From assembly GCF_964355755.1 (NCBI RefSeq), contig NC_092673.1, positions 17,977,648 through 18,041,647 of the forward strand: a DNA stretch of 64,000 nucleotides, read 5' to 3'. Shown here in pieces: positions 23,744 to 36,742 of this stretch; positions within the stretch are counted from its first letter, which is position 1, and each line of letters opens with the position of its first letter. Position numbers and translations under genes: made by a program. Source of the stretch: Antedon mediterranea (taxonomy: Eukaryota; Animalia; Echinodermata). The notes under the pieces are model-generated. The model worked only from the letters and a program-made list of their open reading frames with translations, ran no database searches and was not told the DNA's origin.

Positions 23744-24274
23744 ATGGTTGATTTAGAGGAAGTAGTTTTAGCATACATTGAATATAAATTGACGGGGTTA
23801 ATTGTTTTGGATTCACCCATCCTCCAGAGTACTATTCGTGCTTGTAAAGAGTTGGAAAACAATTTTAATGTGTTAGAATTGTGTAAAGATATTTCTTCGG
23901 AAGCGCTGTATTATGTATTAGAACAAATGATGAGCGATACAAAAATAAATGTCGGCAGATTTGTGACAGGACTCGTTGTATGTACATGTGTTTCGAAACA
24001 ATGTGACACTGAAATGCAGTTAGAAAATGTAAAACGTGTCTCTTGTGGATTTTTCAAGGAAAAGTTTTCGTTTTTTGAACTTCGTAATGACGATAAATCG
24101 GTTAGTATGTTTCTTTTTCTTTCTTTTTTTTTGTTCGTGGGTATTTTAACAAATATTCTTAAATTATTCATTTTATTTATAATGCGCGTGTTTCGTTTAC
24201 TAATTATTTTTATTTTTTTATTTTCGTTCAGAATTTGTTTCTGTGTAGGAAGGGAGATGTTTTTTTCAGAGTAG
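23744..24274 (+). CDS. Bcl-2-like protein carried by the Maverick derivative (uninterrupted copy)
   Basis: BH4-like LEEVVLAYIEYKL, BH3-like LQSTIRACKELE, BH1-like MMSDTKINVGRFVTGL (cf. NWGR) and a hydrophobic C-terminal tail; BH2 poorly recognisable; first ATG is 23744 (the ORF-track start is TTG). Confidence 0.7.
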   Translation: MVDLEEVVLAYIEYKLTGLIVLDSPILQSTIRACKELENNFNVLELCKDISSEALYYVLEQMMSDTKINVGRFVTGLVVCTCVSKQCDTEMQLENVKRVSCGFFKEKFSFFELRNDDKSVSMFLFLSFFLFVGILTNILKLFILFIMRVFRLLIIFIFLFSFRICFCVGREMFFSE

Positions 24275-25585
24275 TAGCATTCTTAGTGACTGGTATGGTG
24301 TTAACGCTTGTTTTTTGTTGAATGTCTTCAGATGTTTCATCTAGTCATCAAAACAAATTATTATGAACACCATATTGTATTGATATCTCTAATTAATTTT
24401 AGATCTGTTATCATTTATCTAAAATGTATATTTCTCAATAATAACCCTTTACTTTATAAATTTGGTAAAAATACATTTATAATATGCCTTTTTATTGAAA
24501 CCGTCGTTACATATCGTGCGTCTCAAATTTGTTTTCTTTTGTGTGCGTTTTATTTTTTTTAGCAGTACGTATTGTGTCTTTCTTAAAAGATTTAAAATTG
24601 AAAACACGTAGAAAATGAAATTCATGTTGAAATAAAGAAATTGTATTTAAATTTAATTAATCTATGCTTTATACATTTTGTATGTTTATTTTTGTAATAT
24701 TACTTATTATATATAAAATATAACTTTACATTACAGATCTATTGTACTGTTTAAAATTAAAAGAAGTAAACAGAATATTTATAATCACAATCATTTATTA
24801 TGTGTGTCTGCAATTACATTTAACAACAACAGAAAAGAAAACAAATTAAATTAAGTCGATAAATAAATTTACCGTGAATTAAAGTAGGAAAAACTACTTT
24901 TACAAATTTACACTGACAGTAAATTAAGTCAAAACATAGGCCTAATTAATTTAATTTCATTAAACAAATCTATTGCAATACACAATTCACAAACATAATA
25001 ATAATTTAACAGAAAAGAAAAACAAATTATTTTCCGGGCCGATTCCTTGTACCATAACAACTAACCTTTCAGGCTCAGGTACAATTGTTTGATCAAACTA
25101 CATCGGGTGAATAACGAGAGAAGGAATTAAAGTAAGACAATATGTATATAATACGCGTGGAATCTAACACACGGTTACGAATTCTAGTTATATCATTATT
25201 ACGATGATCGGGAATCTCTAAAATACTACAAACATAACGATAAAATGGAGTTTGAGCAAATATTGATCATGCCAACATGAACGGTTAAAACTAAATACAA
25301 TACAACAGTAATTGAAATTAAAATAAAACACTTGACAAATCATTGACAATAAAACTATTTTCTTTTCAATACGTTCATGACAATACCGCTTGAAAAAATC
25401 GCTACATCATTTTTGAATGGTAGAGAGTGAGATTTTGGTTTACGGGTTATTTTTTTAGGATTAGTTGTTGTTATTTTTTCCAGTCCGATTCCTTGTACCA
25501 TGCTACCAACTATTTCAAAATTGACTTCCTTTGATTTTTGGAAATTTAAAGTCAAACAGTTTGTCTGAATCAAATTTTATACACG

Positions 25586-25825
25586 TTATTTTTCCAAATC
25601 CATTCCCCATTGTTCATCAATAACACTTACAAGCACCCAGTTTCGTTTGAATTTACGTTGAATGGATTTGTGTAATGTATATGTATCTAGCTTGCTCAGT
25701 CAGTCTTGAACTTGTCTCTTGGTAATATTTAAATCGTATTTTACATTTTGATAAAGTCGGTCCACACCACCAAAACTATCAGGATGCTTAGGATCGTAAT
25801 ATACTTTTCTTAAGTACTCATCCAT
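25586..25825 (-). pseudogene. Maverick integrase N-terminal fragment, right-arm copy
   Basis: Reverse complement of 12851-13090 with the same internal TGA. Confidence 0.88.
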
Positions 25826-26078
25826 ACTTATTACCCTCATTCACCAAAATGAAAATTTAAAAAATAAATAAAATACTTAAATAACACGCAAAGATCAAAT
25901 TCATTTTCGTTGTTGTTGCTATTAAAAGAAAAACCACAACCTTTATTTTAACACATATTCTATTTCAATATAATTTACAACCATAATAATAATAAATTTA
26001 CCGAAAAGAAATAAGAATTATAAAAATATGTAACATTAATTAAAAAAGTGTTAAGATATTTTTTTAAATTTGTACAAA

Positions 26079-26699
26079 TTACAATTGGTAAAGAATCTTA
26101 TTAAAAAGTTCTGAATCATTTGTAATCAACTTTATGGCTTTAGCGAACGCATCAACATTTATACAACGTAAATGAAAGTAGTTTAGCGCCCATTCAAAAT
26201 GGGTAGCGCTATTGTCCACAAGTTTCAATGCCAGAATTGGTCGAAAAAATGTTAGGAGTTGTTCATATCTTGAGCCGTGAAAGTTATAACGTTCAACCAT
26301 GTCCTTCAGAATGAATATAAATTCTTCTATGAAAACCTTCTCAATTGTTCTCATTATTTCTTTGTACTCAAGTTCGGTAGTTTCTTTCTTAATCTCCGCC
26401 TCCAGCACAGGGTTCAGGTACTCTTCCGCAAACACCCCATCTTCTACCTCATCTTCTACATCGGCTTTTCTTGCCAGAAATAGGTGGTAGTCAACTACCG
26501 ATGACGTGTCGTCGTATACAATCCTCTCCTCTTCAGAAATTATTCTCGATATATAATGTTCGTCTTCTTCAGTATTAGATACATTATTGAAATCAACGTT
26601 CATTGGAGGTGGGGGTTGAATCGCCATTAAACACGTCATATCCCCCATCTCTTCCCTCATCTCTTCCTCCTCCTCTGCTGTAAAATAGGCACCAGTCAT
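26079..26699 (-). CDS. Maverick accessory acidic ORF, right-arm copy
   Basis: Protein identical to that of 11977-12597. Confidence 0.6.
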   Translation of the reverse strand: MTGAYFTAEEEEEMREEMGDMTCLMAIQPPPPMNVDFNNVSNTEEDEHYISRIISEEERIVYDDTSSVVDYHLFLARKADVEDEVEDGVFAEEYLNPVLEAEIKKETTELEYKEIMRTIEKVFIEEFIFILKDMVERYNFHGSRYEQLLTFFRPILALKLVDNSATHFEWALNYFHLRCINVDAFAKAIKLITNDSELFNKILYQL

Positions 26700-28355
26700 A
26701 GCTAGTATGTCTTCGTCTTCAAATTCTGAATCACTGCTTATATATATATAACATCTTCTTCGACATCAGAGTCCATAGTAAGATCATTGATTTCAATCAC
26801 GGAACCCATAGTAACTAGTTGTTGTTTTTTTTTTTGTCTGTCTTGTCGAGCTCTGTAGCGTTGTAGAATGAGGTAAATATTACAAAATATTCGAGAGTTA
26901 TATACAGTCAAAGGATTACATTCGGCATTTACCAAATTTGTTTCAGCCAATTGTCATTGTTGTATTTCCTGTCGGAACATTGTGTCGAAGCGCCGTGTAT
27001 CTTTTGTTTCATTAAGTAGCTTCCCCAATGTCATTCAATTTAAAAAATGTCCGATCCAAAATCATCAAAGATCAAACCGTTTTCTCATAACTCGCTGCAT
27101 ACTAGCCTTAGCCTTATCAGCTATTTTAGAATCGGCGTAATCAGCTGTTGGTTTGTAGAAGTTCATACTGATGAAAACTGTACTAAATTCTCTTAACTTT
27201 TTGTTTTAGTCATTGTTATAATATCCTGATCAAATAACTTATGTTGTTACGTTGTTTTAATTAAACCAGGAGCATCTTTTATTGTACCCCTTTTTAAAAA
27301 TACCGCCAAGTACATGACTAATTCAAATCTTACAACAATCTTTTACTTCCTTACCCAATGTTAACCATTGTAATATTATATCCGAAACATAACACCTATT
27401 GACTTCAACCATTGTATACCATTTGTTCTCATCACAAACGACTAAATCATCACCAAATATTTTTTATTTATTATTTAATAATTTTATATTATAATGTATA
27501 TTAATATATAACAATTCTATATAACAATTCCCTCTTTACCCACTTTTTGTTTTATTTTAAAAGGAAACAAAGAAATCTTTTCGTAAACGTAACCAATTTA
27601 AATGAAAATAAAACTAAACATTGGAAAACAAAAATCATCAAAAATAGTGAAACTAACATCATGACGTCACACATTAAACTTTAGTATGTCAAACACCCAC
27701 GTGTCACTGCTTTCGATTTATCCCCTTTGTTAACAAATCCGGAAGATGGTTAATTACCTGTCGGTATAGTTCAATCAAGACATACTTATTATTTAACTTC
27801 ATTCATTCTTATCTTTTTGTTTTAGTCATTGTTATAATATCCGGATCGAAAAACTTATGTCTTTGGATTATGTCGGCTTAGATCAAGCAAAAACCTCAAT
27901 TAACTAGTTTTAATTAACCAGGTGCATCTTTATTGACTCTGACTAATTCAAATCTTACAAAAACTATATTGTCTCACTTCCTTACCCTATGTTAACCATT
28001 GTATTATAATCCGAAACATAACATCTATTGACTTCAACCATTGTAAACCATTTTGTTCTCATCACAAGCAACTAAATTACCATATCATTTTTATTTAATA
28101 TTTATTAATTTTATATTATAATGTATATTAATATATAACAAATCTATATAACAATTCTAGTGAAATGATATACTCTATTGTCTTATACTATCCCTATTGT
28201 TAACCATTGTTATAACCACGACTGACTATCCGTGTAACGATCATCTATATCACTGCCTGGAACAACAACAGTATCCTCACATTAGAAACACCTGGCGGAT
28301 ATTACGTAATCAGGAAATACACCAAGGTCGGGTGTGAAGTAGGACTACTACTACT

Positions 28356-29668
28356 ACCATGCACTGTGGCTGCTGTGTACAATCTCACAGTGTGTTGATT
28401 GACTTGGTACTGTACACCATGCACTGTGGCTGCTGTGTACAATCTCACAGTGTGTTGATTGACTTGGTACTGTAGACCATGCACTGTGGCTGCTGTGTAC
28501 AATCTCAAAAGCCCCTTTCTCACAGAGTTGTGTGCCAGGAATATTGCGGGAATATACCATTACCATGCCGGTATGGTTTTCTGTGAGAACGGGTCGTCTT
28601 GACATCATGCCGGCACCATGCCGGCATCGACATGACCTGCTTTAGACCTAGTAATATTCTAGGGATATTCCCCGCAATGCCAGAAGGGCATTCTGTGAGA
28701 ACGTATCGCCGTTATATTCCGGGGTTCCCCGTCGAGGCTTTGACACCTTGCGCGGTCAAGTGTATCACTTTGGCGCCTATTCAATTCAATTAACAATAAT
28801 AATGTCGAACTGGAGGGATAATGAGATAAGAGAGCTGCTTAAAATAAGGGGACAAGAAGAAATTTGTAGTATAATCTATAGGCCGCTAGGCTAGGCCATT
28901 AGCTCTTTGTTTGTAATGTTGGTGCCATGACCTTTCGTCGCCTTGTAAATTGTAGGCCTACAGCCTTCTAAGGTGTTTTACAGATTGCCGATGACGGCAA
29001 ATTAATTGCTATACCTGTATAATATATGCACAATATACTGTACATAGCATGTATTGCATAAATATGCTATAAAGGAAGATAATAATCTGTAACTTAACAT
29101 TCGCCGCCATATCATCGCTAGACAAAAATAATAACAATAAAGGACGCCCTCAATAATTATTTTGTCAGAGACTTTTTATTGGCCGAATATGCCCGACTCC
29201 TTTCTCACAGAAAGCCGGCATATACCGGTTATATTTCCGGCACGATAGTCCGATGAGAATGGGTATATGCCGGTAACGATACCGGCACGACGCCAGCACT
29301 GTACCGGTATATTGCAGGCACATCTGTGAGAAAGGGGCTCTAGTGTGTTGATTGACTTGGTACTGTACACCATGCACTGTGACTGCTGTGTACAATCTCA
29401 CAGTGTGTTGATTGACTTGGTGCTGTACACCATGCACTGTGACTGCTGTGTACAATCTCACAGTGTGTTGATTGACTTGGTACTGCACACCATGCACTGT
29501 GGCTGCTGTGTACAATCTCACAGTGTGTTGATTGACTTGGTACTGTAGACCATGCACTGTGGCTGCTGTGTACAATCTCACAGTGTGTTGATTGACTTGG
29601 TACTGTACACCATGCACTGTGACTGCTGTGTACAATCTCAGAGTGTGTTGATTGACTTGGTACTGTAC
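28356..29668. repeat. 60-bp satellite, right block (interrupted by a MITE)
   Basis: Same unit, orientation and phase as 8391-10320. Confidence 0.95.
28510..29339. mobile_element. MITE with Harbinger-like TIRs inserted in the satellite
   Basis: TIRs AGCCCCTTTCTCACAG / CTGTGAGAAAGGGGCT; internal TGTGAGAA repeats; TSD not clean, so the superfamily is uncertain. Confidence 0.65.
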
Positions 29669-29706
29669 TATGGCACGCCAGGACGGACATAACTATCTCA
29701 AGTTGA

Positions 29707-29945
29707 CCTCGCTCGTGTTATGTAGACATCGCTCGTGTTGAGTTTAACACATCGCTCGTGTTATGTTGACATCGCTCGTGTTATGTTGACATCGCGCGTG
29801 TTGAGTTTACACATCACGCGTGTTGAGTTTTTACACATCGCGAGTGTTGAGTTTTTATACATCGCGCGTGTTGAGTTTTTACACATCGCGCGTGTTGAGT
29901 TTTTACACATCGCGCGTGTTGAGTTTTTACACATCGCGCATATCG
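29707..29945. repeat. ~24-bp minisatellite
   Basis: CATCGCGCGTGTTGAGTTTTTACA and shorter variants. Confidence 0.9.
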
Positions 29946-32900
29946 AGTTTACTATTATTAGGCCGTCCAAGCCTGCCTCCTACACGTATGTTTCCTAGAG
30001 AATTTCGCGACTTGACGCATGCGCATTAACGCGCCGTTTAAAAACCACGCGCACTTGTTTATTTTGCGTAACGGTCGATTGAATTTGGATCAACAAATGG
30101 CCTAGCATTTTTCATAGCCTTTCTATAAATATTTGACCTTAAGACAATTTATTTATTTTCCTTTATACTTTTTTAATCAAAATATCTAAAAACACGAAGA
30201 AAAAAACAAAGCGGAATATACCTGTTATTTATCTTACTTTTAGTCTCAATTTTACTCAAATTTTAAACCAAAAATCGTACAATTTTCAAACTTTTCTAAA
30301 AAAAATTCGGAAGTTTTTTGTGAGGTCAGGTATTCTCATACATATTCATGATTAATTGAACTAGTCACGTGGTTTAAAGGTTTTAGAGAAACAATTGACG
30401 GTGTGGAGTTGTGATGGAACAAAAAACGAGGAATTTTCACTATTTTCTCTGTAAAATAGGCCTACAGTTGTTATTGAGTATGTTAGCGATCAACCAAACA
30501 CACTCAAGTATTTTAAATGCTACCATGCCAGGTAATTCTCATCACATATCTTAAATATACCGACTAGGCCTAGATTTGAAGGCCTAGGCCTACATACAAG
30601 TTTTAAAAGACTGGAGTTTGGGGATATCCACCCATGTGCGAGGCATATCGTTAGGTGTTTTTGTGGAATGTGGTCCGAATTATACACATTTTCATAATTT
30701 ATTGTTTGTTATAGCTTAAATTGTTTAAGAACTAATGTTTTGCAGTATATCTTTATAGTTCATTAATGTTAATATTGTTTTTATATCGTTAAAATTATTT
30801 CAGCTCCTTATATCATTACACTGACCTCCCCGTCTTTAATAATAGTATAATCCACTTGTTGTATAAGTAACGCTAGGTTTGGGTTATTCCATTTTGGTAA
30901 CAGGCAACATTTTATTTTAAACATTGTACAGTATTTTTATTTTATAATTATGCATACAATTAATATGTATTAATTGCAATTTTATTACCAATAAATTACA
31001 CATAACACTGGTTTTATTTTTTATTATATTTTTTTAAAGGTATGTCTGGAGTCAGATGAAATGTGTATTTATTGCATGAGGCAATTTTTCCGAATGATCA
31101 GAAAATATGGTACCTGTACAGTCGACTAATTTTCCAGCTGTTGAAAAAGCACTGTCAAATGGTGAATGGAATAGACGCGATATTTAACTGTAGTTGACGG
31201 CTCCAGAAAATTATATCATGTTATAATATAAAATATATTGTAATTGTTACGAATACGATGTATCTCTAATATGATTTTAATTTGTGATGAGAAAAATAGT
31301 TAGGCCTATAAATATTGTCATTGTTTTTAGTAATGAATTTTAATATCTACAGTATTAACAATATTAATCTATTAATAATTATTAAATATATTTATTATAA
31401 GAGTATATAAAAGGAGGCAATTGTATATTTGATCTAGTCACATGATTTTTAGGCACATGTTCTGCATACTGAAATAGGTTTTGTATATGGTTGTCCATTC
31501 TGAAATAAACAAAATCTACATTTATTTTAATAATAAATGAAACTTTTTAATGCCTACTATAAACCTATAAAATTGAAAACATTATTTACAATTTATTATT
31601 TAAAAATGTGAATACATACAAACATTTAAGGTATATTTTTCTATGGGTACATCTACTGTAGGTCTTGCCTATTATTATTAATACATTACAGATAAAAAAA
31701 GAAATAATAATAGAAATAATAATAGTGTATGTTTATATAATAAACATACATAAATTACTATCTTGCATAATTTCATTATTGAGACGCACAGCCAGGCAAT
31801 TTAATTAATAAAGTTACAGTATTTATTATGATGATTGTGTACAGTACTGTATCTATAGTATTGTAGGCCTAGCCGCCAGCGCGCGCGCGCCTAATAATAG
31901 CCTAGACGCGCCTATGCTTTAACACAGGCATGTCTATTCTGCTGTGTCAAATAGCCTAAATTCAATCAAATTATACTCCCTTGAAATAATTGTTTCTCTC
32001 TCGTGTTAATTAAAATTAGATGCACTAACAAGATGATATACCACTCTGCATAGTTTGAAAAACTTCGAATTAATTGTAATTTAACATTTTAGATGACTCA
32101 TTTTACTTCCGAAATTTTTGAAGCGAGAATGTTCATTTACTGTTTTGCATAGCAATGTTTGAAATGTTATAGTATTTAAAATATTATATAAACATTTTTG
32201 AAATATACATTTGTTTTAAGAAAATAAGTTTAAAAACTAGATTTGAACTCGTCACTACGGACGAGTTAGGTTATCCGCAGCGCAAAAGCCGCGCGCACGT
32301 CATACGTTAGAATATTGCGCGCAGAAAAACGATTATGCCATTGAAATAATGTTAGTGCGCTCTCTATTTTGCGTCACGTCTGAGTATATACGGTATACAC
32401 TATATAATGTACACGTACTACATACAGTGCAGAATAGGTGAAAATAAGGGACCCAAGTTATTGACGCTTTTGCACATGATGACGTCATCACAATTTAAAA
32501 AATGGTAGATTATGCGAAAGATAATTGATTGGCCTAGACAATATAAAAAAATGGGGGGAAATGGAATACGGATAAGTGGCGATGCGCTCTATTTAATGTG
32601 ATGAGCTATGCGAAAGAGACAAAAATCCTATATTTTATATTCGAGTGGCCATACGATGACGTCACAATGTCCGGTTAGCCATATCGATGCATGATTTGAT
32701 ATTTACAACTCATCTACTTCCAGAATCTGAAATTTTAAAAATTTTCACCTCAAAGTTTAGAATCTATGACTTTTTAAAAAAAGGCATAATTTTCACGAAT
32801 TTTTGAACTTTTTCATCAAAAACGCGCGCAAATTGTTCAATTCTACGTGCTCGTATGACGTGATTTTAAGTTGAAATTGTTTGAAAGTTGGTAAATTTAC

Positions 32901-34149
32901 TAGAAAAGGCTGGAAAAACAAAAATCAAACAAAAAAAAGATGTTTTTGCGCTACGTGCGCACGCGCGCGTAAAAAAATTGCGCATGCCTGGGAATTTTTG
33001 AAATGCACAAAATGACATGAAACGCGTAGAAAGTTGATTAGAAATTGATTTTTTGCATTTTGAAATTTTAAACGCGCGTGCGCGCGTAACCTCCTAAGAA
33101 ACATGCCATTTTTAATCCATAGAAAGTTTGCGCTTGATATGACTTAAATGTTCACCAAGTTTCAATACAAAATGACTTTCGCTTTTTAATCTATGATCAA
33201 TCATTTAAATTCATAAAACCGCGCGTAACTTACGCTGCGCAACTCAAAATTCATAAAAAAAAAGTTTCTTGCACATCTACAGCTACAGGGCAATCTTTTG
33301 ACAAAGTTATACATAGTAGAGCAGTTAAGGCCATAAAAAAAGCCAAGTTGTGCACTTTATTACCAAAGCATGAAACTTGCCACAAAGTTTCTTTGATGTA
33401 TATAGATTCAAAATATCGGGGGGTGCCAAGTGTCCAACGTCCGGTATGGCGGCCATCTTGATTTCAAAATGGCCACCATAAAAACAAAAAGTGTTCATAT
33501 CTTGGCAACTATAAACAGTAGAGACTTGATTCTGGTGTTAAATTGTTCACAAACCACATATTTCTATTTGCTCAAAGAAAAGTTTTGTCAAAAAATGACC
33601 GGAAATGACGTTTCTTCCAGTTTGACCTTTGACCTCTTATCTGTATATCTCGGTAACTACTGATCATTTTCAATCGATTTTGGTGTCATTTTGTTCAGAA
33701 TAGAGACATTTATATTTGTAGTAATGAAACATTTTCACATAAAATGACTGGAAATACAATTTATAACCTTTGACATATATAATTATGTGAACATACTGTA
33801 TGTGGTTTACATTGGTATAAATGCACCTAATTTGTTTTACCGAAATAAATGACACTTAATGCAAAAATGACCAGGAATTTATTATTCTGAATTTTTGACT
33901 TTTGATGTGATAGGATAGGCGTAAAGTATGACAGATCACTGAGAAACAGCAATCACTGAGCTCATGCCGACTTGTTTGCTAAACTGTGATGTGTCAATCG
34001 TTATATAAAAGTTTTGGTCCTCCCTCCTTCATCTTTTCTTTTTTTTTGTAATGTATTATACCATATGAACAATTGTCTGAAATAAAAGTTGAATTGAATT
34101 GTTAGATGCCATTTGGAAATATTTTTGATGTAAAGTAGCATTCTTTCGT

Positions 34150-34390
34150 TCGGAAAGTTCTCATTTTCATGAGTTAAGAGAACACCGTCTTTCAAAGTAC
34201 TTACTACAGTAGACCTACTTTCATTAGTCAGAAACTCAGATAATTCTTGGTCATTTTCGTTGCATCTAAACAAATGTACTCAATTTTTATGGTAATGAGC
34301 CTTTGCTGTAAACCATCAGAATCCTTTTCCTCGATTTTCTCTAGTCATTGATTTTTTAGCAAAATCCGAACCAAATCAATTCGTAAAAGA
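34150..34390 (-). pseudogene. Degenerate Academ-type transposase fragment
   Basis: Frameshifted reading RIDLV...KSMTRENRGKG...KN*..LFRCNENDQELSEFL resembles the RID.VFD.Y...S.K...R..RG...NW..FL...ENK.EL..FL block. Confidence 0.55.
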
Positions 34391-34562
34391 CATCTCAATA
34401 TAATTATTCAAGTAATCCTCAAATTAGTGACATGGACCTACAATATACTGTTCTGTACAAGACCTTTTTAGGCATCCACCTGTGGACTTTCACTTTGAAG
34501 GTCTTGGTCTCCTAATCATACAAGAAACAATGTCTGATTTAATCAATCAAAGTAGTGGGTCC

Positions 34563-36742
34563 AGACCATCCACAGACAAAGAAGGGGGTATAAGACCATC
34601 CACAGACAAAGAAGGGGGTATAAGACCATCCACAGACAAAGAAGGGGGTATAAGACCATCCACAGACAAAGAGGGGGGTGTAAGACCATCCACACACAAA
34701 GAAGGGGGTATAAGACCATCCACAGACAAAGAAAGGGGAAGGCCATCTACAGACAAAGAAGGGGGTGTAGGACCATCCACAGACAAAGAAGGGGGTGTAA
34801 GACCATCCACAGACAAAGAAGGGGGAGTAGGACCCTCCACAGACAAAGAAGGGGGTGTAAGACCATCCACTGACAAAGAAGGGGGTGTAAGACCATCCAC
34901 TGACAAAGAAGGGGGTATGGGACCACTTACAGACAATTTTTGCCAATTTTAATTGTATGTCTGTGATATTTTATGTACTGATGCCGAAATAAATCAAATC
35001 AAAGGGGGTATAAGACCATCCACAGACAAAGAAGGGGGTGTAAGACCATCCACAGACAAAGGGGTGTAAGACCATCCACACACAAAGAAGGGGGTATAAG
35101 ACCATCCACAGACAAAGAAAGGGGTGTAAGGCCATCTACAGACAAAGAAGGGGGCGTAGGACCCTCCACAGACAAAGAAGGGGGTGTAAGACCATCCACT
35201 GACAAAGAAGGGGATATAGGACCACTTACAGACAAAGAAGGGGGTATAAGACCATCCACAGAAAAAGAAGGGAGTGTAAGACGATCCACAGACAAAGGGG
35301 TGTAAGACCATCCACACACAAAGAAGGGGGTATAAGACCATCCACAGACAAAGAAAGGGGTGTAAGGCTATCTACAGACAAAGAAGGGGGCGTAGGACCC
35401 TCCACAGACAAAGAAGGGGGTGTAAGACCATCCACTGACAAAGAAGGGGGTATAGGACCACTTACAGACAAAGAAGGGGGTATAAGACCATCCACAGACA
35501 AAGAAGGGGGTGTAAGACCATCCACAGACAAAGAAGGGGGTGTAAGACCATCCACACACAAAGAAGGGGGTATAAGACCATCCACAGACAAAGAAAGGGG
35601 TGTAAGGCCATCTACAGACAAAGAAGGGGGTGTAGGACCATCCACAGACAAAGAAGGGGGTGTAAGACCATCCACAGACAAAGAAGGGGTGTAAGACCAT
35701 CCACAGACAAAGAAGGGGGCGTAGGACCCTCCACAGACAAAGAAGGGGGTGTAAGACCATTCACTGACAAAGAAGGGGGTATAGAACCACTTACAGACAA
35801 AGAAGGGGGCGTAGGACCCTCCACAGACAAAGAAGGGAGTATAAGACCATCCACAGACAAAGAATGTGGTGTAGGACCATCCACAGACAAAGAAGGGGGT
35901 GTAGGACCATCCACAGACAAAGAAGGGGATGTAGGACCATCCACAGACAAAGAAGGGGGTATAAGACCATCCACAGACAAAGAAGGGGTATAAGACCATC
36001 GACAGAGAAAGGAGGGGGTGTAAGACCATCCACAGACAAAGAAGGGGTGTAAGACCATCCACACACAAAGAAAAAGGTGTAAGACCATCCACACACAAAA
36101 AAGGAGTGTAATACCATCCACACACAAAAAAAAGAGGTGTAATACCATCCACAGACAAAGAAAAGGGTGTAATACCATCAACAGACAAAGAAAAGGGTGT
36201 AATACCATCAACAGACAAAGCAAAGGGTGTAATACCATCAACAGGCACAGAAGGGGGTATAATACCGTCCACAGACAAAGAAAGGGGTGTAAGACCATCC
36301 ACAGACAAAGAAGGGGGCGTAGGACCCTCCACAGACAAAGAAGGGGGTGTAGGACCATCCACAGACAAAGAAGGGGGTGTAAGACCATCCACTGACAAAG
36401 AAAGGGTATAGGACCACTTACAGACAAAGAAGGGGGTATAAGACCATCCACAGACAAAGAAGGGGGTGTAGGACCATCCACAGACAAAGAAGGAAGTGTA
36501 GGACCATCCACAGACAAAGAAGGGGTGGAAGACCATCTACATGCAAAGAAAGGAGTGTAAGACCATCCACACACAAAGAAAGGGGTGTAATACCATCAAC
36601 ACGCACAGAAGGGGGTGTAAGACCATCCACAGACAAAGAAGGGGGTATAAGACCATCCACAGACAAAGAATGGGGTATAAGACCATCCACAGACAAAGAA
36701 TGGGGTATAAGACCATACAGACAAAGAAGGAGGAGTAGGACC
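34563..36742. repeat. 30-bp minisatellite inside the Academ-like element
   Basis: GACCATCCACAGACAAAGAAGGGGGTATAA and variants, about 70 copies. Confidence 0.97.

Larger units (their letters stand above)
10321..28355. mobile_element. Palindromic (fold-back) non-autonomous Maverick/Polinton derivative
   Basis: Begins AGTAGTAGTAGTCCT and ends AGGACTACTACTACT; ACCATG at 10315-10320 and 28356-28361; Maverick-type integrase and pPolB remnants; arms are reverse complements (coordinates sum to 38676 in the outer part). Confidence 0.92.
17705..28355 (-). repeat. Right arm of the giant inverted repeat (contains the Gypsy insertion; lacks ~390 bp near the centre)
   Basis: 17705-17778 is the reverse complement of 17602-17675; from 17781 onward it is the reverse complement of 17208 backwards. 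Confidence 0.97.

Noticed and set aside
10321-28355. Palindrome as a sequencing or assembly fold-back artefact, or a chromosomal inverted duplication
   Set aside because: The flanks are not inverted, a 6-bp TSD bounds the unit, and the arms carry different insertions and substitutions.
10321-28355. Gypsy ORF as the element's own transposase between giant TIRs
   Set aside because: It is off-centre, interrupts one arm at a site that is intact in the other, and has its own polypurine tract and LTR.
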